Shown piece after piece: positions 1-13,100 of a stretch of 64,000 bases of DNA (positions within the stretch are counted from its first letter, which is position 1; each line of letters opens with the position of its first letter). A program made the position numbers and the translations under genes. Source of the stretch: the human T2T-CHM13v2.0 reference genome, Homo sapiens. Location: assembly GCF_009914755.1 (NCBI RefSeq), contig NC_060935.1; one strand, 5' to 3'. The notes under the pieces are model-generated. The model was not told the DNA's origin. It searched no databases and saw only the letters and a list, made by a program, of their open reading frames with translations.

Positions 1-614
1 TAATGGCTTGGCAAATAATAGCTACTATTATAATCATTTAAAATGGAATTGGTATGTGGTAGAAGGAAAGAGCTGATTCAAATAATTGAGATAGAAAGAT
101 GTGGGTTGGTATTGTTTAAATTAACCAGATATCAGATGTAGAAAGGAAATACCACAATTAACCTTTGGATTTAGGATACATAGACTGATGGTGCTGCTGC
201 TGCTATCTCTTGATTATCCAATTGTATGATTTACAATGAAAGAGTCAAATAAGCTTGATCTCTTCCACATGTCTTAGACATTTTTAGTAAGACATGCCCA
301 AGAAAAAGATGACTGGGTTCTGGGGGCCCGTCCTTAACCTTTATAGTGAAACCTGCCCTCTGTTAACTTAGTCCTCAGAAGCAAAGTCAGTATCAGGGTC
401 GTGGGCCAGAAGTACCAGGAGTAGCACGTGTGTTAATTTTTGTATTCCAACATTAAATGTCAAGGGTGAAGGAATTTTCTTTCACAACCTCAGGGGTCTA
501 CTTCTGTTTCTTCTCTACTTCTTTTATGTCTTTCCCTCATTCTATCTTCAGGGTTTAGCCCAGGGCCTAGAACAAAGTAGGTTTGCAAGACGTATTGGTT
601 GAGAGACTGTGTGC

Positions 615-800
615 CCTCAGACTGAATCTGCTTCTGCCTCCCTTGGACAATATAAGTGAAGGAAGCTATTTCATGCCTGTAAGTTTCATCCTACTCGTTG
701 GTAAAATGGTGATAATAATATTTATCATCAAAGGCTGTTGTGAGGATTAAATTATGTAATGTGTATAAAATCTTCTGTGTAGTGTCTGGTGCACAGAAAG
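615..800 (+). mobile_element. MIR SINE fragment
   Basis: MIR core-like text: gtaaaatggtgataataata...gttgtgaggattaaatt...agtgtctggtgcacag. Boundaries approximate. Confidence 0.7.
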
Positions 801-819
801 CACTAGTATCAGTGCCATT

Positions 820-1330
820 CTCTGCTCTACCAATCAGAATCTGACAGAAGAAAAAAAACATTTTATTCCTGAATAGTTAAAAAAAAAAATGACCAATGAT
901 AAAGGGCCACTTACAGAGGCATAAGTGGGATTAAGGATATAAAAAAGAAGGATGAGATAAACAGTGCTAATTTCATCAGGAAGCCTTTCCCATCTTTAGG
1001 TCTGAAAGGATGAGGGGAAGAAATAGTGGTGCCAGAGGCCAGAGAGAGCCGGGGTCATGGAGCTGAGGAGGCTTGGTGAGAGCTGTCATTATAGTCGCCT
1101 TTATCACCTCATAGCTGTGGTCGTAAGAGTGACACCAAACTAGGAGGGAAGAAACTGGGAAGAATTACTCCTACTTCTCTCTCCTCCTGCCCTTTATCTG
1201 GAAGCCAGCCAACAGGGCCCTCCAGGGATACAGTGCAGGACAGAAAAGGTAGAGTATAGCTATGAGAGTGAGGTGGGTGGATGGCAAATAAATGGAGAAC
1301 CACCAGTTCCCATAACCAAACAGTAAACAG
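820..1330. mobile_element. Ancient LTR relic (LTR78/LTR33-like)
   Basis: Purine-rich stretch ataaagggccacttacagagg...ggattaagg...taggtctgaagg resembles old LTR consensus as I recall it; family uncertain. Confidence 0.4.
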
Positions 1331-1365
1331 AACGGGAAGAAAATGCAACTCACTTTTATCATCTA

Positions 1366-1687
<322 letters not shown>

Positions 1688-2170
1688 TCACATCATGGCA
1701 CTGAGAGATTCCGATGCATTAGGCTTCTAAAAGTGGTACTGAAGAAATTTCCTTAGAACCCCTTTTAGTGAGAGTGATAGTAGTTCCGTGGGGGATTTAA
1801 TAGCTGTTATTTGAAAAACAGTTCTCATGCTTAAATTAATGGGGAAATGAGGAGCTGAACAAAATTAAACAGATTTATTTGCTGAGAGTTTTCTCAGAGC
1901 CTTTGCTAGCTAAGGAACATTTTGAATCTCTCTGTGGGAGATGTAATGTGCCGCATTCCCCAAATTTGTTTTCTTGGAGAATTTTACGAATAAATACTTC
2001 TGGGAATATACTGAAGGAATTGTGTTTAGGGGTTATAGCATAGGAGAAATACACAGCTATCTTAGCTCTGCTTCGAAGACACAAGCTGGGGCCCAGATTT
2101 CCTGAGCCAGAACCCTCTGCTGTCATAAGTGGCTCTGCATTTAGTGGTAAATACCTTTGTATGAGATATA

Positions 2171-2542
<372 letters not shown>

Positions 2543-3905
2543 TTAGTTTGGCATTAGCAGAGGTACCCTAATGGAAAGTTAAGCTACGCAGGCAATAGTC
2601 TTCAAGTTAAGGCCTCTACTGACAAGGATTTATCCCTCTTGGGCCTCCCTGGGGCAGGCCAGCTATGTTAGCATTCCTAGTACCGTTTGACGAGTATCTT
2701 AAGTGTGTGTGCCACAGAGGAATACAGAAAGAGCTTGACAGCATCTCTGTTGTCAAAGAACCTGAAATACTGTTGTAAAGGGATAAAGATATGAACACAT
2801 AAACCATTCAGAAAAAATAATTCCAGATAGCTCTTGATCAAATGCCAAAACCCATTATAGAACCAAGGCATATTCAATATTTGGTTGTGGTTGTGCATAT
2901 GAATGAAGAAGGCTTCTCAGAAATTGCACAACCTCACCTGGCCCTGCAGTGATTTTAATAGATCATGAGAGGTCGCCGGGGGGAGGGTGGATACTGGGAG
3001 AGACTGGTATTTCAGTCAGAAGAATGGGAATAGCAGGGTTTTATCAGGAAAAGCATGTGTTCCTTCAGGTGATAGATTCATGGAAGGAAAGGACGAGACT
3101 GATGGTTTTATTTTTGAAGTCAAGCTGCCTCTGCTTTTGGTGGATATCACTTAACAGGGTTTATGAGCCTTACTTCAATCAGTTCCTTGAGTTGCTGATG
3201 AACAGCGTGGGATCAACTTCTCCCTGTGGGCTATTAGTGTACTTTTCACCCACTGAAAGTTAATTAGAGGAAACAACCCCCCTGCACACCTTTCACACTG
3301 ATTCATCTGTAAGGAGCCAGTAAATTGGATTGGGGACCAGGGAGAATTTTACTTGAGATATTTTCTTTCTGCCGAGAAATTGCCAAAATAGAAGACCTTG
3401 AGTTTCTGAGTTGTAGCAGAAAGGTTTTCTTTTTAAAATTTGTATGCATGATAGGCCCAGTGATAACATAATTCGTTATATTACATTACCTTAGGGGCCA
3501 CATTGTGGTCCTGGAACATAAATTCTGCATATGGAAAACTAAGGGCTCATTGATACTTTGTTTATCTATTGGGTTTTGCTAGGGTTTTTTCTTCCCTACT
3601 CTGTCTCTTTCTAACATCACTCACAGCCTGCAGAAAAGAGTATCAGGGAAAATTATAGGTTTTTTGTTGCAGTTCTGGTCTTTAACTTTAGTTTTATTTA
3701 TGAAGGGAGACCGCAAAATATAACCATATTATTGTTAAAAGCCCAGGCTTTGCCATCCCATGGATGTGAGTTTGACTCTGCTCTGTTGATGGCCTGGCTG
3801 CTGAGGAGTCTTAAATCTATATCTTAGTATTAGATACATCCCCTCTAACTGTATCATGTAGGTTTATAAGTCCTTTATTGGATTTCCTAAAATCTGAAGG
3901 AATGG

Positions 3906-4271
3906 TGTATTAGTCTGGGCTCATGCTGCTAATAAAGACATACCCAAGACTGGGTTATTTATAAAGGAAAGATGTTTAATTGGCTCACAGTTCCATGTGG
4001 CTGGGGAGGCCTCACAATCATGGTGGAAGGCAAAGGAGGAGCAAAGTCACATTTTACATGGTAGCAGGCAAGAGAGTGCTTGTGAAGGGAAACTCCCATT
4101 TATGAAACCATCAGATGTCGTGAGACTTATTCACTACCATGGAAGAGTATGGGGGAATCCCCTCCCCTGCCCCACATGATTCATTTATCTCCACCTGACC
4201 CCACCGTTGACACATGGGGATTATTGTAATTCAAGGTGAGATTTGGATGGGGACACAGCCAAACCATATCA
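3906..4271 (-). mobile_element. THE1 (MaLR) solo LTR, THE1C/D-like
   Basis: tgtattagtc...gctgctaataaagacatacccaagactggg...agccaaaccatatca; flanks aatgg/aacag are compatible with a decayed 5-bp TSD. Confidence 0.92.
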
Positions 4272-4279
4272 AACAGTCT

Positions 4280-4750
4280 TCATTTGTTTTTTCATGTAGT
4301 CAAACATTTACTGAATACGTGCTGTATACCAGGTGCTGTCACTGGCCCAATAGGCGTAAATAAATGGGATGCACAGAATTTCCGTTCTCATGGAGCTTAT
4401 ATTCTAGGTAGTGAAAAGAGAAAGTAAACAGGTTTGCTTGTTTACTGCACGTATGGCAATTTCAGGTAGGAATAATAACCATAATAATTTAAAAAGTACC
4501 AGTGAATGACAAACACTATGACGGAAACAAAACAGAGTGAAGCTGTAAATAACTAGGGTTAGGGAGGGACCATATTAGATTAGTTGATTAGGGAAGGCTC
4601 TTTGAAGGCGGTGGCTTTTGAGTTGATATCTGGAGAACTGGAAAGAAACAGCCGTGCAAAAACCGAGGAGGAGAGTATTTCAAGCAGAGGGAACAACAAT
4701 TGCAAAAGTCCTGTGGCAGTGGGAATGAGTTTCACTGGAGCATAGTGAGG
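4280..4750 (-). mobile_element. L2 LINE 3' fragment
   Basis: caaacatttactgaatacgtgctgtataccaggtgctg...ctcatggagcttatattctag...agcagagggaacaacaattgcaaaagtcctg matches the reverse L2 3' end. Confidence 0.75.
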
Positions 4751-5246
4751 CCTAATGGTGGATGCTTAGGCTACAGAGATGTCACAGGAGTTCCTTGAAC
4801 TGAAAGGAGGAAAGCTTGTGGTCAGCACATGTGGGTCTGCACAGTCAAGATCTGGTCTTGCCTTGCTTTCTTCTATCTATGGTTGCACAGTTGTAAAGCA
4901 TCCACCGTATATTACTCAAAGTGCTGCTAAGAAAAGGGCTTCACAGACTGGCAGGGGGGCAGAGGGGCTTCAGGCTCTGACCTGTTGACTGTAATGGATT
5001 CCTTGTTTGCTTCAGTTTTATGGCTTTAGCTGTGCTTGGAGGCCACCATGCAGAGTGTCCCTTGGCCAAGTTCTCATTAATCCTCTTCAATTGCTAAGAG
5101 CCATAAGAAGGGCATGAGGGACTGGTAATGTGAAGGCAGTGGAGGTGGGTGAGCCCTGACTGTTACTTTTGCCGCACTGGTTGGTTAATGCCGTTCATGG
5201 CCTGGGCAATAGGACACTGAGATAAAAGTATGCCTGGAAAGCAGAT

Positions 5247-5800
5247 GGCATTGTTCTCAATCTTGTCTGTACATTTGAATCATCTGGGGTGGGCAATTTT
5301 TTAATTGCTGAGGGACAGCACACTACTCTTTCACCCAAATATTCTAATTTAATTTGTCTGGAGTGAGACCCAGAATTAGGTATTGTATTAGTTCATTCTC
5401 ACACTGCTATAAAGAACTACCTGATACTGGGTAATTTATGAAGAAAGGAGGTTTAATCAACTCACATTTCCACAGGCTGTACAGGAAGCATGGTGGGGGA
5501 GTCCTCAGGAGACTTATAATCATGGTGGAAGGGCAAAGGGGAAATAAGCACCTTCTTCACATGGTGAAGCTGGAGAGAGAGAGGGCAAAGGAGGAAGTGC
5601 TACCCACTTTTAAACAACCAGATCTCATGAGAACTCACTCACTGTCATGAAATCAGCAAGGGGAAATCCACCCCTGTGATCCAGTCACCTCCCAAAAGGC
5701 CCCTTCTTCAAGACTGAAGATCATAATTTGACGTGAGATTTGGGTAGGGACACAGTGCCAAACCATATCAGGTATTTTTCCCAGAGCACCCAGGTTGAAT
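5247..5800. mobile_element. MER5A-like hAT MITE interrupted by an MST LTR
   Basis: gttctcaatcttgtctgtacatttgaatcatctgggg...ttctaatttaatttgtctggagtgagaccc before the LTR; resumes ttttcccagagcacccagg after it. Confidence 0.65.
5384..5770 (-). mobile_element. MSTA (MaLR) solo LTR
   Basis: tgtattagttcattctcacactgctataaagaactacc...ccaaaccatatca with perfect 5-bp TSD ggtat (5379-5383, 5771-5775). Confidence 0.93.
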
Positions 5801-6149
5801 ACCCTGTGGCCTAGCTGTGTAGCTAGGCTCTGTTTCACTGGTCTAGAGGAACATACATTGCTGCTTCATTTGTTGTTTGTTTATTTTCCCTACATCATTT
5901 CTGCATGTCTTTGGTTTGAAAACCAGGATCCTTTACCAAATTACAAAGACTTACCCTTCATAAAGCAGCATGAAGGTGGCATCCCAGGGACTTCTGATCG
6001 CAACTTACAAATAGGTGTGTGCATGTATGTATGGAGTGTGTGTGGTATGAATGATGTGTGTATTTGTGTGTGCATGCTGCGTGTTGATGGTGCGTGTGGT
6101 GACGTGTGTAAATTTGAAGTGTATCTTGTGGAGTACTTCAGCCATTCAT

Positions 6150-6330
6150 CCTATGTAATGACCTTGGTTAAATTACTTCTCTTCTGTGAGCCTCAGTTTC
6201 CACATCTGAAATTTGGAATGCCATTAGTGTTTCTGCCTCATGTGTTTGCTTTAAAGATTAAATGGGATAATGCATATAAAATATCTTAGCACAGTTCCTA
6301 GCATAGAGTAAGCTCTCAATAAAAGTTATT
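6150..6330 (+). mobile_element. MIR SINE
   Basis: gaccttggttaaattactt...gagcctcagtttccacatctgaaa...agattaaatgggataatgcatataaa...agcacagttcctagcatagagtaagctctcaataaa. Confidence 0.85.
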
Positions 6331-8039
6331 GGTTAAAGATGAAATCTTGATGAATTTGCTTAACCTTTCTAAGCTGTGCTTTCTGTATCAGCTGATTTAG
6401 AATTACCATTACTATTACTAATGCACAATGTTTTGGCAAAAGTCAAATGAATAGCCCCAAGCATTCACTCCATGTTGAAGTATTACACAAAGTAAGATAT
6501 GTCTGGAGGTATCACTTTATTGAAACATCTACCTCCATCCATTTGGCCTGTCTGATTTCTTTGTTCCAAACAGAGGTCTTTTGCCTCTTCAAATCTTGAC
6601 TGTAACACTGGCTGACAATATAGAGGTAAGTATGGACACTAATCCTCCCTGAAGGTGAAGTACTAGATTTAATAGTCCTGGAATATCAGAGTGTTTAGGC
6701 TACTCCTGAAGGACATGGACAAATCAATTTCTAATGTCCTGCTATACCATGTCACAGTTCGGTATGTTTTCCAGCAATGGAATGTAGGGGGTGGAGGGGC
6801 TGATGGCTTTTTGTTTGTGCAAAGCATTTGTTGTCCAACAATGGTAGCATCAGTGTGATTGAGTGTGAAAAGTGTGTACTTTTAATCTATTTCCTGATCC
6901 CAATTCTCTCCTCGCCACCTTCATGTCTGCCAACCTTTCCCAGCGTAGTATTTTGACAGGTGATATGTTTTTGCTTGACATTGATTAAAGTTCCACCTCC
7001 ATTGCTTAAAATGAGGTGCATACTAAATGTTGAACCAGCAAAGACAGCTTCAATTTTGACCAAAAGACATCATTTCAAGTATGTTTTTGAAAAATTCAGT
7101 CTGCATTTGTTTTCTTGTCAAAAAGGTTTTGCGGGTATTGGGGATTGGGCGGAAGGAAAGGGCAAAGCTGAGGCCTATAATAATGTTGACCTTGATGAAT
7201 CCTGATAATACAGCAGACTGTTAGATGTCAAGTTATTAGCATTTTCATTTTATCATACTCAGCTCTTGTCTCTGCAATTGACAATTGTAGAGATGGTCTT
7301 TAAAATGAGAATTCCCTCATATGAGTTTCTTTTTAATTAAACAAAAATATACATATAGAAAATTATGGATTTTTTTTCTTTCTAAGAATGACCATGAAAA
7401 TGAAATATTTCAGGATGGAGATACTTCATCTTTGTATTCTTTTCTTTTGAGCTATTTCCAGAGGCTTTTTCCTAATTATATCCTGAATGATTTCAGAAAT
7501 TTGATCTCAACTGTTTTCCTGTTTTTCTGCATTTACATTGACTTTCTCACAGAAGAGTCTGATTTTATTCTAGATTTGTTTTCTATAATTTTCATTTACA
7601 TCACCTCTTAGCACCTAAGAATAACCTTTTAAAATTATTCTTCTGGAATTCATAAGATGTTTCCTTCCTGTTTATGCAGATGGCATATAGCTGGTTGGGT
7701 CTTTTTATGTCCCTCTTAACGTTCTTAGAGTAGATGGATTTTAGTCTAGGCATTTAAAATGCAATTGTGTTTTCATCAGGCATTTTATAAATCATAAAAT
7801 TGCTAGTGTGTTAAATAGACATTTTTGATTTAACCAGATGGACCATTCATTAAGCCTATCTGAGGTGGGCAGACAGGCTTTCAGAAATGAGAAGCTCAGT
7901 TTGGGGCCTTGTGTCTGAGTTAATGGTGTGTATGTGCGTGCATGTGTGAGTGTGTATTTGTGTATGTGAGATGACATCAGTGTGGCTGGGAGTAAACTAA
8001 GATTTCTTTTATGGGGGCGTGTAGAACAGAGTTGTAAGA

Positions 8040-8170
8040 AAAATCATTTATTTCATTAAATAAATTATTTATTAAGCACTTGCTGTGTAACAGGCACTGT
8101 ACTAGGCACTGGGGATGCAGCATGAATAAAGCAGACACAGAATGTTTGCCGTGATGGAGCTCATCATCAA
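8040..8170 (-). mobile_element. L2 3' end
   Basis: tcatttatttcatt...atttattaagcacttgctgtgtaacaggcactgtactaggcactgggga. Confidence 0.75.
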
Positions 8171-8209
8171 GAGGGCGTTGGGGAAATGGAACTAAGGGAA
8201 AGGAAGGGC

Positions 8210-8475
8210 ACTTATAGTTCCCAGTACTCTGCTAAATAATTTAATACATTATATCTCTTTATTTATCACACTTACTATCACTCTTGGCCTTTTGGCTAAG
8301 ATCAAGTGTATTTATCACACTTATAAGAAGTCAGTGAGGTAGATGTTATTCTCCTTTTACCAGTGAGGGAAATTGAAGCTCAGAGGTTAATGTCAGTTAC
8401 CAAAGATTATACACTAATAAGAAGGATATCTAGGATTGTCTGACTTCCAAGTCATGCCCTTTCTACCACACTGTG
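8210..8475 (-). mobile_element. MIR SINE (host of the U2 fragment)
   Basis: gtgaggtagatgttattctccttttaccagtgagggaaattgaagctcagaggttaa is the reverse MIR core. Confidence 0.75.
8277..8310 (+). pseudogene. 3'-truncated U2 snRNA retropseudogene (about nt 1-35)
   Basis: atcactcttggccttttggctaagatcaagtgta matches the U2 5' end ATCGCTTCTCGGCCTTTTGGCTAAGATCAAGTGTA with two CpG transitions and a 1-nt deletion; direct repeat tttatcacactta at 8262-8274 and 8311-8323. Confidence 0.9.
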
Positions 8476-9049
8476 CTAGTTATTTCTCTTTAGAAGTGGA
8501 GAACGTGTTCTTACCCATGAGGAATCCTATTCCCAACCCCTGGAGACAGCCATTGATTAATTGAGGTTTTTAAAATCCACTAAAATTAAGAACCATACAC
8601 TGGGCAGCGTTAAAGAGCCCATGTGTGGCAAAAACTCATGTTTTATTTCTCTCTTCCCATTTAATGGACAAGATGAAAAGAGATGTGAAAATGGGATTAG
8701 ACTACCCAAGAAACAGGCCTGGTGGCTCTGTGGCTTGTGCTGAAAGGTTTGATTGAGCTGAGACCAGTTATGGATAAAATGTTGATGTTTTGTGAAGTTT
8801 GTATAATGAATTGCTACCTCTCTTAATGGTGGCAGTGGGATAGATTATTTTCAAGACCCCATTTATAGATCTACTGAAATATATGATGATCAAAAGTAAA
8901 TACACACATCTCAGAGAATATTTTCTTACCCTGGAGGATGGTGATATTAAATCTGGGCTGAAAAATGATTGGTCTGGGACTTGACATGGCAGGGGAAATC
9001 TATATATGCAACTATCTCTGAAAAGCAAAACTGAACTGTGAAATCCAAT

Positions 9050-11400
9050 TCCATTCAATCCATTAAACATTTATTAATTGATTATTATCTGCCAGACTTT
9101 ATGCTAAGTTATGAGACTCCAGAGATGAATAAACCACAGTCTTTTTCCCTTAAGGAGCAGAAGTCCAATGGGTGATGTATACATGTTAAATTATAGATTC
9201 TCTTTTAAGGTGATAAGGACAAAAATATAAAAATAGACAAGTTTCTTAAATAGTCACGAAGGAGGAGAGATTAATGTAGAAAGGAAGAAGGAACAAAGCA
9301 AGCCTTCCTGGAAGGAGGAGATATTAAGCTGGATTATGTAGGATGACAGCAAATAAACCAGGCAATCATGAGATGGGTATCCCAAGCAGTGAAGATGGAA
9401 TTTGTGATGTGGGCCTTTAAAAATTAATTTGGGAAAAATATGTAGAATTCTATGTTGTTAGTACACAAAATGTGAAAGAAGGACGTGATGAGCATAGATA
9501 ATACGAGTTAACATAGGCCATGGCATAAACAAGCTTGTATTGTGTGGTATACAATTTATAGGACTGGGTTGTAAGCAAGTTGGTCTAGGGTTTTTTGTGG
9601 GTGAGGTTAGGCGCAGAAAACTCACATGAAAGGTGAATGCATTACTTCTGGTAAGAGACAGTGGTCTGAAGACAGTGAAGAAAGAGAGGGTAGATTTGAT
9701 ATAAGGTAGAGGATGCAGTTCCTAGAGATTGTTGGATTTGGGAGCATATGTGTGAAAATCATCAGAAAATCATTTTCAGGCTTTGACTCAGGGGGCTGGG
9801 TGGATGATGGTATTACTAACCAAGAGGTTTCTAAGCAAAGGAGAATCTGGTCATGGGAGTGGTACAAGTCATTTGTTCAGTTTGGACAGATTGGGTCCAA
9901 ACTTTAGAAACCCTAATGGAAATGTCTAAGGATTGGGTAAATGGATGTGTCTGAAACTCTGAGGCACTGAGTGTAGAGATGTATATTTGGATGTTGTGAA
10001 GATAAGAGTGTCAATTATAAATTTGGAAATATATGAATTTACCTTTGAAGAGAAGAGAGAATAGAACTCTAGGTAAATCAGTGTTTAAGGAAAAGTATGT
10101 AGCCAAGGAAACTGAGAAGTAGTTAAGAGGTAGGAAAAACAACAGAAACATTATTTTCTTGAAATGAAGGAGACAAGTTTTCAGAGACAGGGAGAGAACA
10201 GAACTGAGAGATCAAGTAACAGTGTTGTAAAACCCCCCTTGGTTTGGTATTTAGGAGTGCATTGTGACCCTTGCCAAGAAAATGCTGGGGAGAGGGGACA
10301 GAAGTCAGAGGGCTTTATATTAAATGGTGAATGAGTGATTAGGAAGTGAAGATAGCAAGTGTAAGTCAATTTTTCAAAATGCTTGGGTGGAAGGAAATGA
10401 GGTAATAGATGGTAGCAAGGGAAGGATATGGAGTTGGGGAGAGGGAGGAGAGGTTGTGACTGATTGGAAAGGGAGAGACTTGAGAATACCTTTAGGTGAA
10501 GACAAGATTTTATTAACAGCGCAGAGGCTGAAGACCAAGGAAAGACTTGAATAGCATATAGATTACTTAGCCCACATGGCGAGCACAGGTCTTGAATAAA
10601 ACAGGACTTTTTCACCCTAGGAGTCATAATGAAGTAGGAGATGATGGGTATCCCAATGAGATGGAAGTTTGTAGTTGGGACAGGGGGCAGGATGCTGATG
10701 GTGTTTATGCTACTAGCCACTTATTAATGGGTCCCAGTGGAACCTGAGGGCATCTGTTAAAAATGAAGGAGGATGAAGATTTAAAGAGAGTGAACATGTG
10801 ACTGAAGCTGCAGAAAACACAGCATCCTAGAAGGAAGGAAATTTTTTTTTAAAGATTAATTTGAAGTTTTGAAGATCCAGATGGAATTGGAAATCATACG
10901 TTTTAAGCAAAACCAGTCTGCCTGAGGAAATGATTTTGCTCCAGCAGGGCACAGTTGCCTCTGCCAGAGTAGAGAAGGTTAACAACAGAACTGGGCTTTG
11001 GCTGGGCAAAGGGAGGTGTGTCGGTTAGGGAGACAAGAGTTTAAGTGATGGACAGTGGAGCTCATCTAGGCTAAATAGTCAGAAACAGGGAAAAAGGAGA
11101 TGAGAGAGGAGTCTGTAGTTTGAAGAGCAGGTGTAGTTTGAGTAAGGGAGGTAGACACCTGGAAGGGGAGAAAATTGTAGTCAGGGACCTGGGTACTGGA
11201 TTGAAGATTCCTGATGTGGATTACTTCAAAGAGATGGCAGTACCCAGCAGGTGATTATGAGAGGATGACACTGAAGCAGAAAGAAGGTGAAGATTGTTAT
11301 TTTTGTCGAGGTCAAAACTTTGAAAGTACATTAGTCAGCAGGTCATTCATAGGGACATTGAAATCATTTAGTATAATGCTGAGACTTAAGGGTAAAATCA
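9050..11400 (-). mobile_element. Long L2 LINE relic including degraded ORF2 reverse-transcriptase region
   Basis: Starts with reverse L2 tail (cattcaatccattaaacatttattaattg) and stays purine-rich; minus-strand translation HFEKLTYTCYLHFLITHSPFNIKPSDFCP resembles L2/CR1 RT. Confidence 0.75.
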
Positions 11401-11430
11401 TTAGAGCAGCTATTAATATATACCAAATTA

Positions 11431-11728
11431 GGCCAGATGCAGTGGCTCATGCCTGTAACCCCAGCACTTTGAGAGGCTGAGGCAAGTGGATCACTTGAGG
11501 CAAGGAGTTTGAGACTAGCCTGGACAACATGGTGGAACCCCGCCTCTACTAAAAATACAAAAAAAAAAAAAAATTAGCCAGATGTGGTGGCAGGCACCTG
11601 TAATCTCAGCTACTTGGGAGGCTGAGGCATGAGAATCGCTTTAACCCAGGAGGCGGAGGCTGCAGTGAGCTGAGATTGTGCCACTGCAATTTTAGCCTGG
11701 GCAACAGAGCGAGAGTCTGACTCAAAAA
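11431..11728 (+). mobile_element. Alu (S/J) element
   Basis: Full dimer with expanded middle A-linker; accaaatta occurs immediately before it and again after the downstream microsatellite. Confidence 0.96.
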
Positions 11729-11770
11729 TATGTGTATATATATACACGTACATATATATGAATGTGTATG

Positions 11771-11807
<37 letters not shown>

Positions 11808-11827
11808 ACATATATATATACACACAC
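11729..11827. repeat. Compound (TA)n(TG)n(TA)n(CA)n microsatellite
   Basis: Direct reading. Confidence 0.95.
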
Positions 11828-12299
11828 CAAATTAAAGAAATGAAACATCCCCATGTATTTTTAAATATTTGCCTTAGAATGATATTATGCTTGTCCTTGC
11901 TGACTCACTCAATCTGATTATCTCTACAGTATTTCATTTTCTTCCTCACATAAATAGAACATGTAGTATTAGATATATTTATTTGTAATGGAAAATTATA
12001 CAAGCATATTACAACAAGCATTGTGTATGAAAGCAAGTATTCAATATTTGTTGAATGAATTAAAATGTGTACCATCAGCTTCTATGCATTTTTGAGAATT
12101 ACACCCTGATGATTGACATAGTACACGCACTTATCTTTATAATTCTTGGTATAGCAGTTCTTGCTGAGCCATGAGAAAGCAAATTGTCTCTGCCTCAAAT
12201 GAAAACTGCAGTCTTAAATTGATTATATATGTTAGTTGTTCAATTTTGAATTCCTATTTCTGGCATCTCTTCAATAATATTTTTTCTTCTTTGAGAAGC

Positions 12300-13100
12300 A
12301 ATATGACATAGTAGTTTAGAACATAAACTCTGGAGTCAGGCTGCCAGGGTATAGATCTTCCATGCAACATCTTGCCTTTGGTGATTAGTTTAACCTCTCT
12401 ATGCCTCAGTTTTCTTATCTGTAAAATGAGTATAACACTAGTCTAACCATACAGCATAGTTGTAAAGATTGCATATAGCTTATATGAGTTGTATAATGGT
12501 TAATATTAAGTATCAGCTTCATTGGATTGAAGGATGCAAAGTATTGTTCCTGAGTGTGTCTGTGAGGGTGTTTCCAAAGGAAATTAGCATTTGAGTCAGT
12601 GGACTGGGAGATGCAGACCCATCTTCAGTCTGGGTGGGCACCATCTAATCATCTGCCAGTGTGGCTAGGATAAAAGCAGGCAGAGGAACGTGGAAGGACT
12701 AGACTCGCTAAGTCTTCTGGCCTCCAACTTTCTCCCACACTAGATGCTTCCAGCCCTTGAACATCAGACTTCTAGTTCTTCAGCCTTGGACTCTTGGACT
12801 TCCACTATTGTTTAGCCAGGGCCTCTTGGGCCTTTGGCCAGAGACTGAAGGCTTCACTTCCCTACTTTTGAGATTTTGGGGCTCGGACTGGCTTCCTTGC
12901 TCCTCAGCTTGCAGACGGTCTGTTGTGGGACTTCGCTTTGTGATCATGTGAGTCAATACTCCTCAATAAACTCCCTTTCATATATACCTCTATCCTATTA
13001 GTCCTGTCTCTCTAGAGAACCGTAATACAAGTTGTGAGGCTTAAATGAGAGGATTAATTTCGTACTTAAAATGGTACCTTGCTATTGTATATGACAGTGT
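12300..13100 (+). mobile_element. MIR split by an MLT2 LTR
   Basis: ctctggagtcaggctgcc...tttaacctctctatgcctcagttttcttatctgtaaaatgag before the LTR; gttgtgaggcttaaatgag after it. Confidence 0.75.
12492..13029 (+). mobile_element. MLT2A (ERVL) solo LTR
   Basis: tataatggttaatattaagtatc...ggattgaaggatgcaaagtattgttcctg...aataaactccc...ctagagaaccgtaataca; TSD agttg at 12487-12491 and 13030-13034. Confidence 0.93.

Noticed and set aside
5795-6289. 164-aa ORF
   Set aside because: Runs through a TG-rich low-complexity tract and a MIR; TTG start and no protein-like composition.
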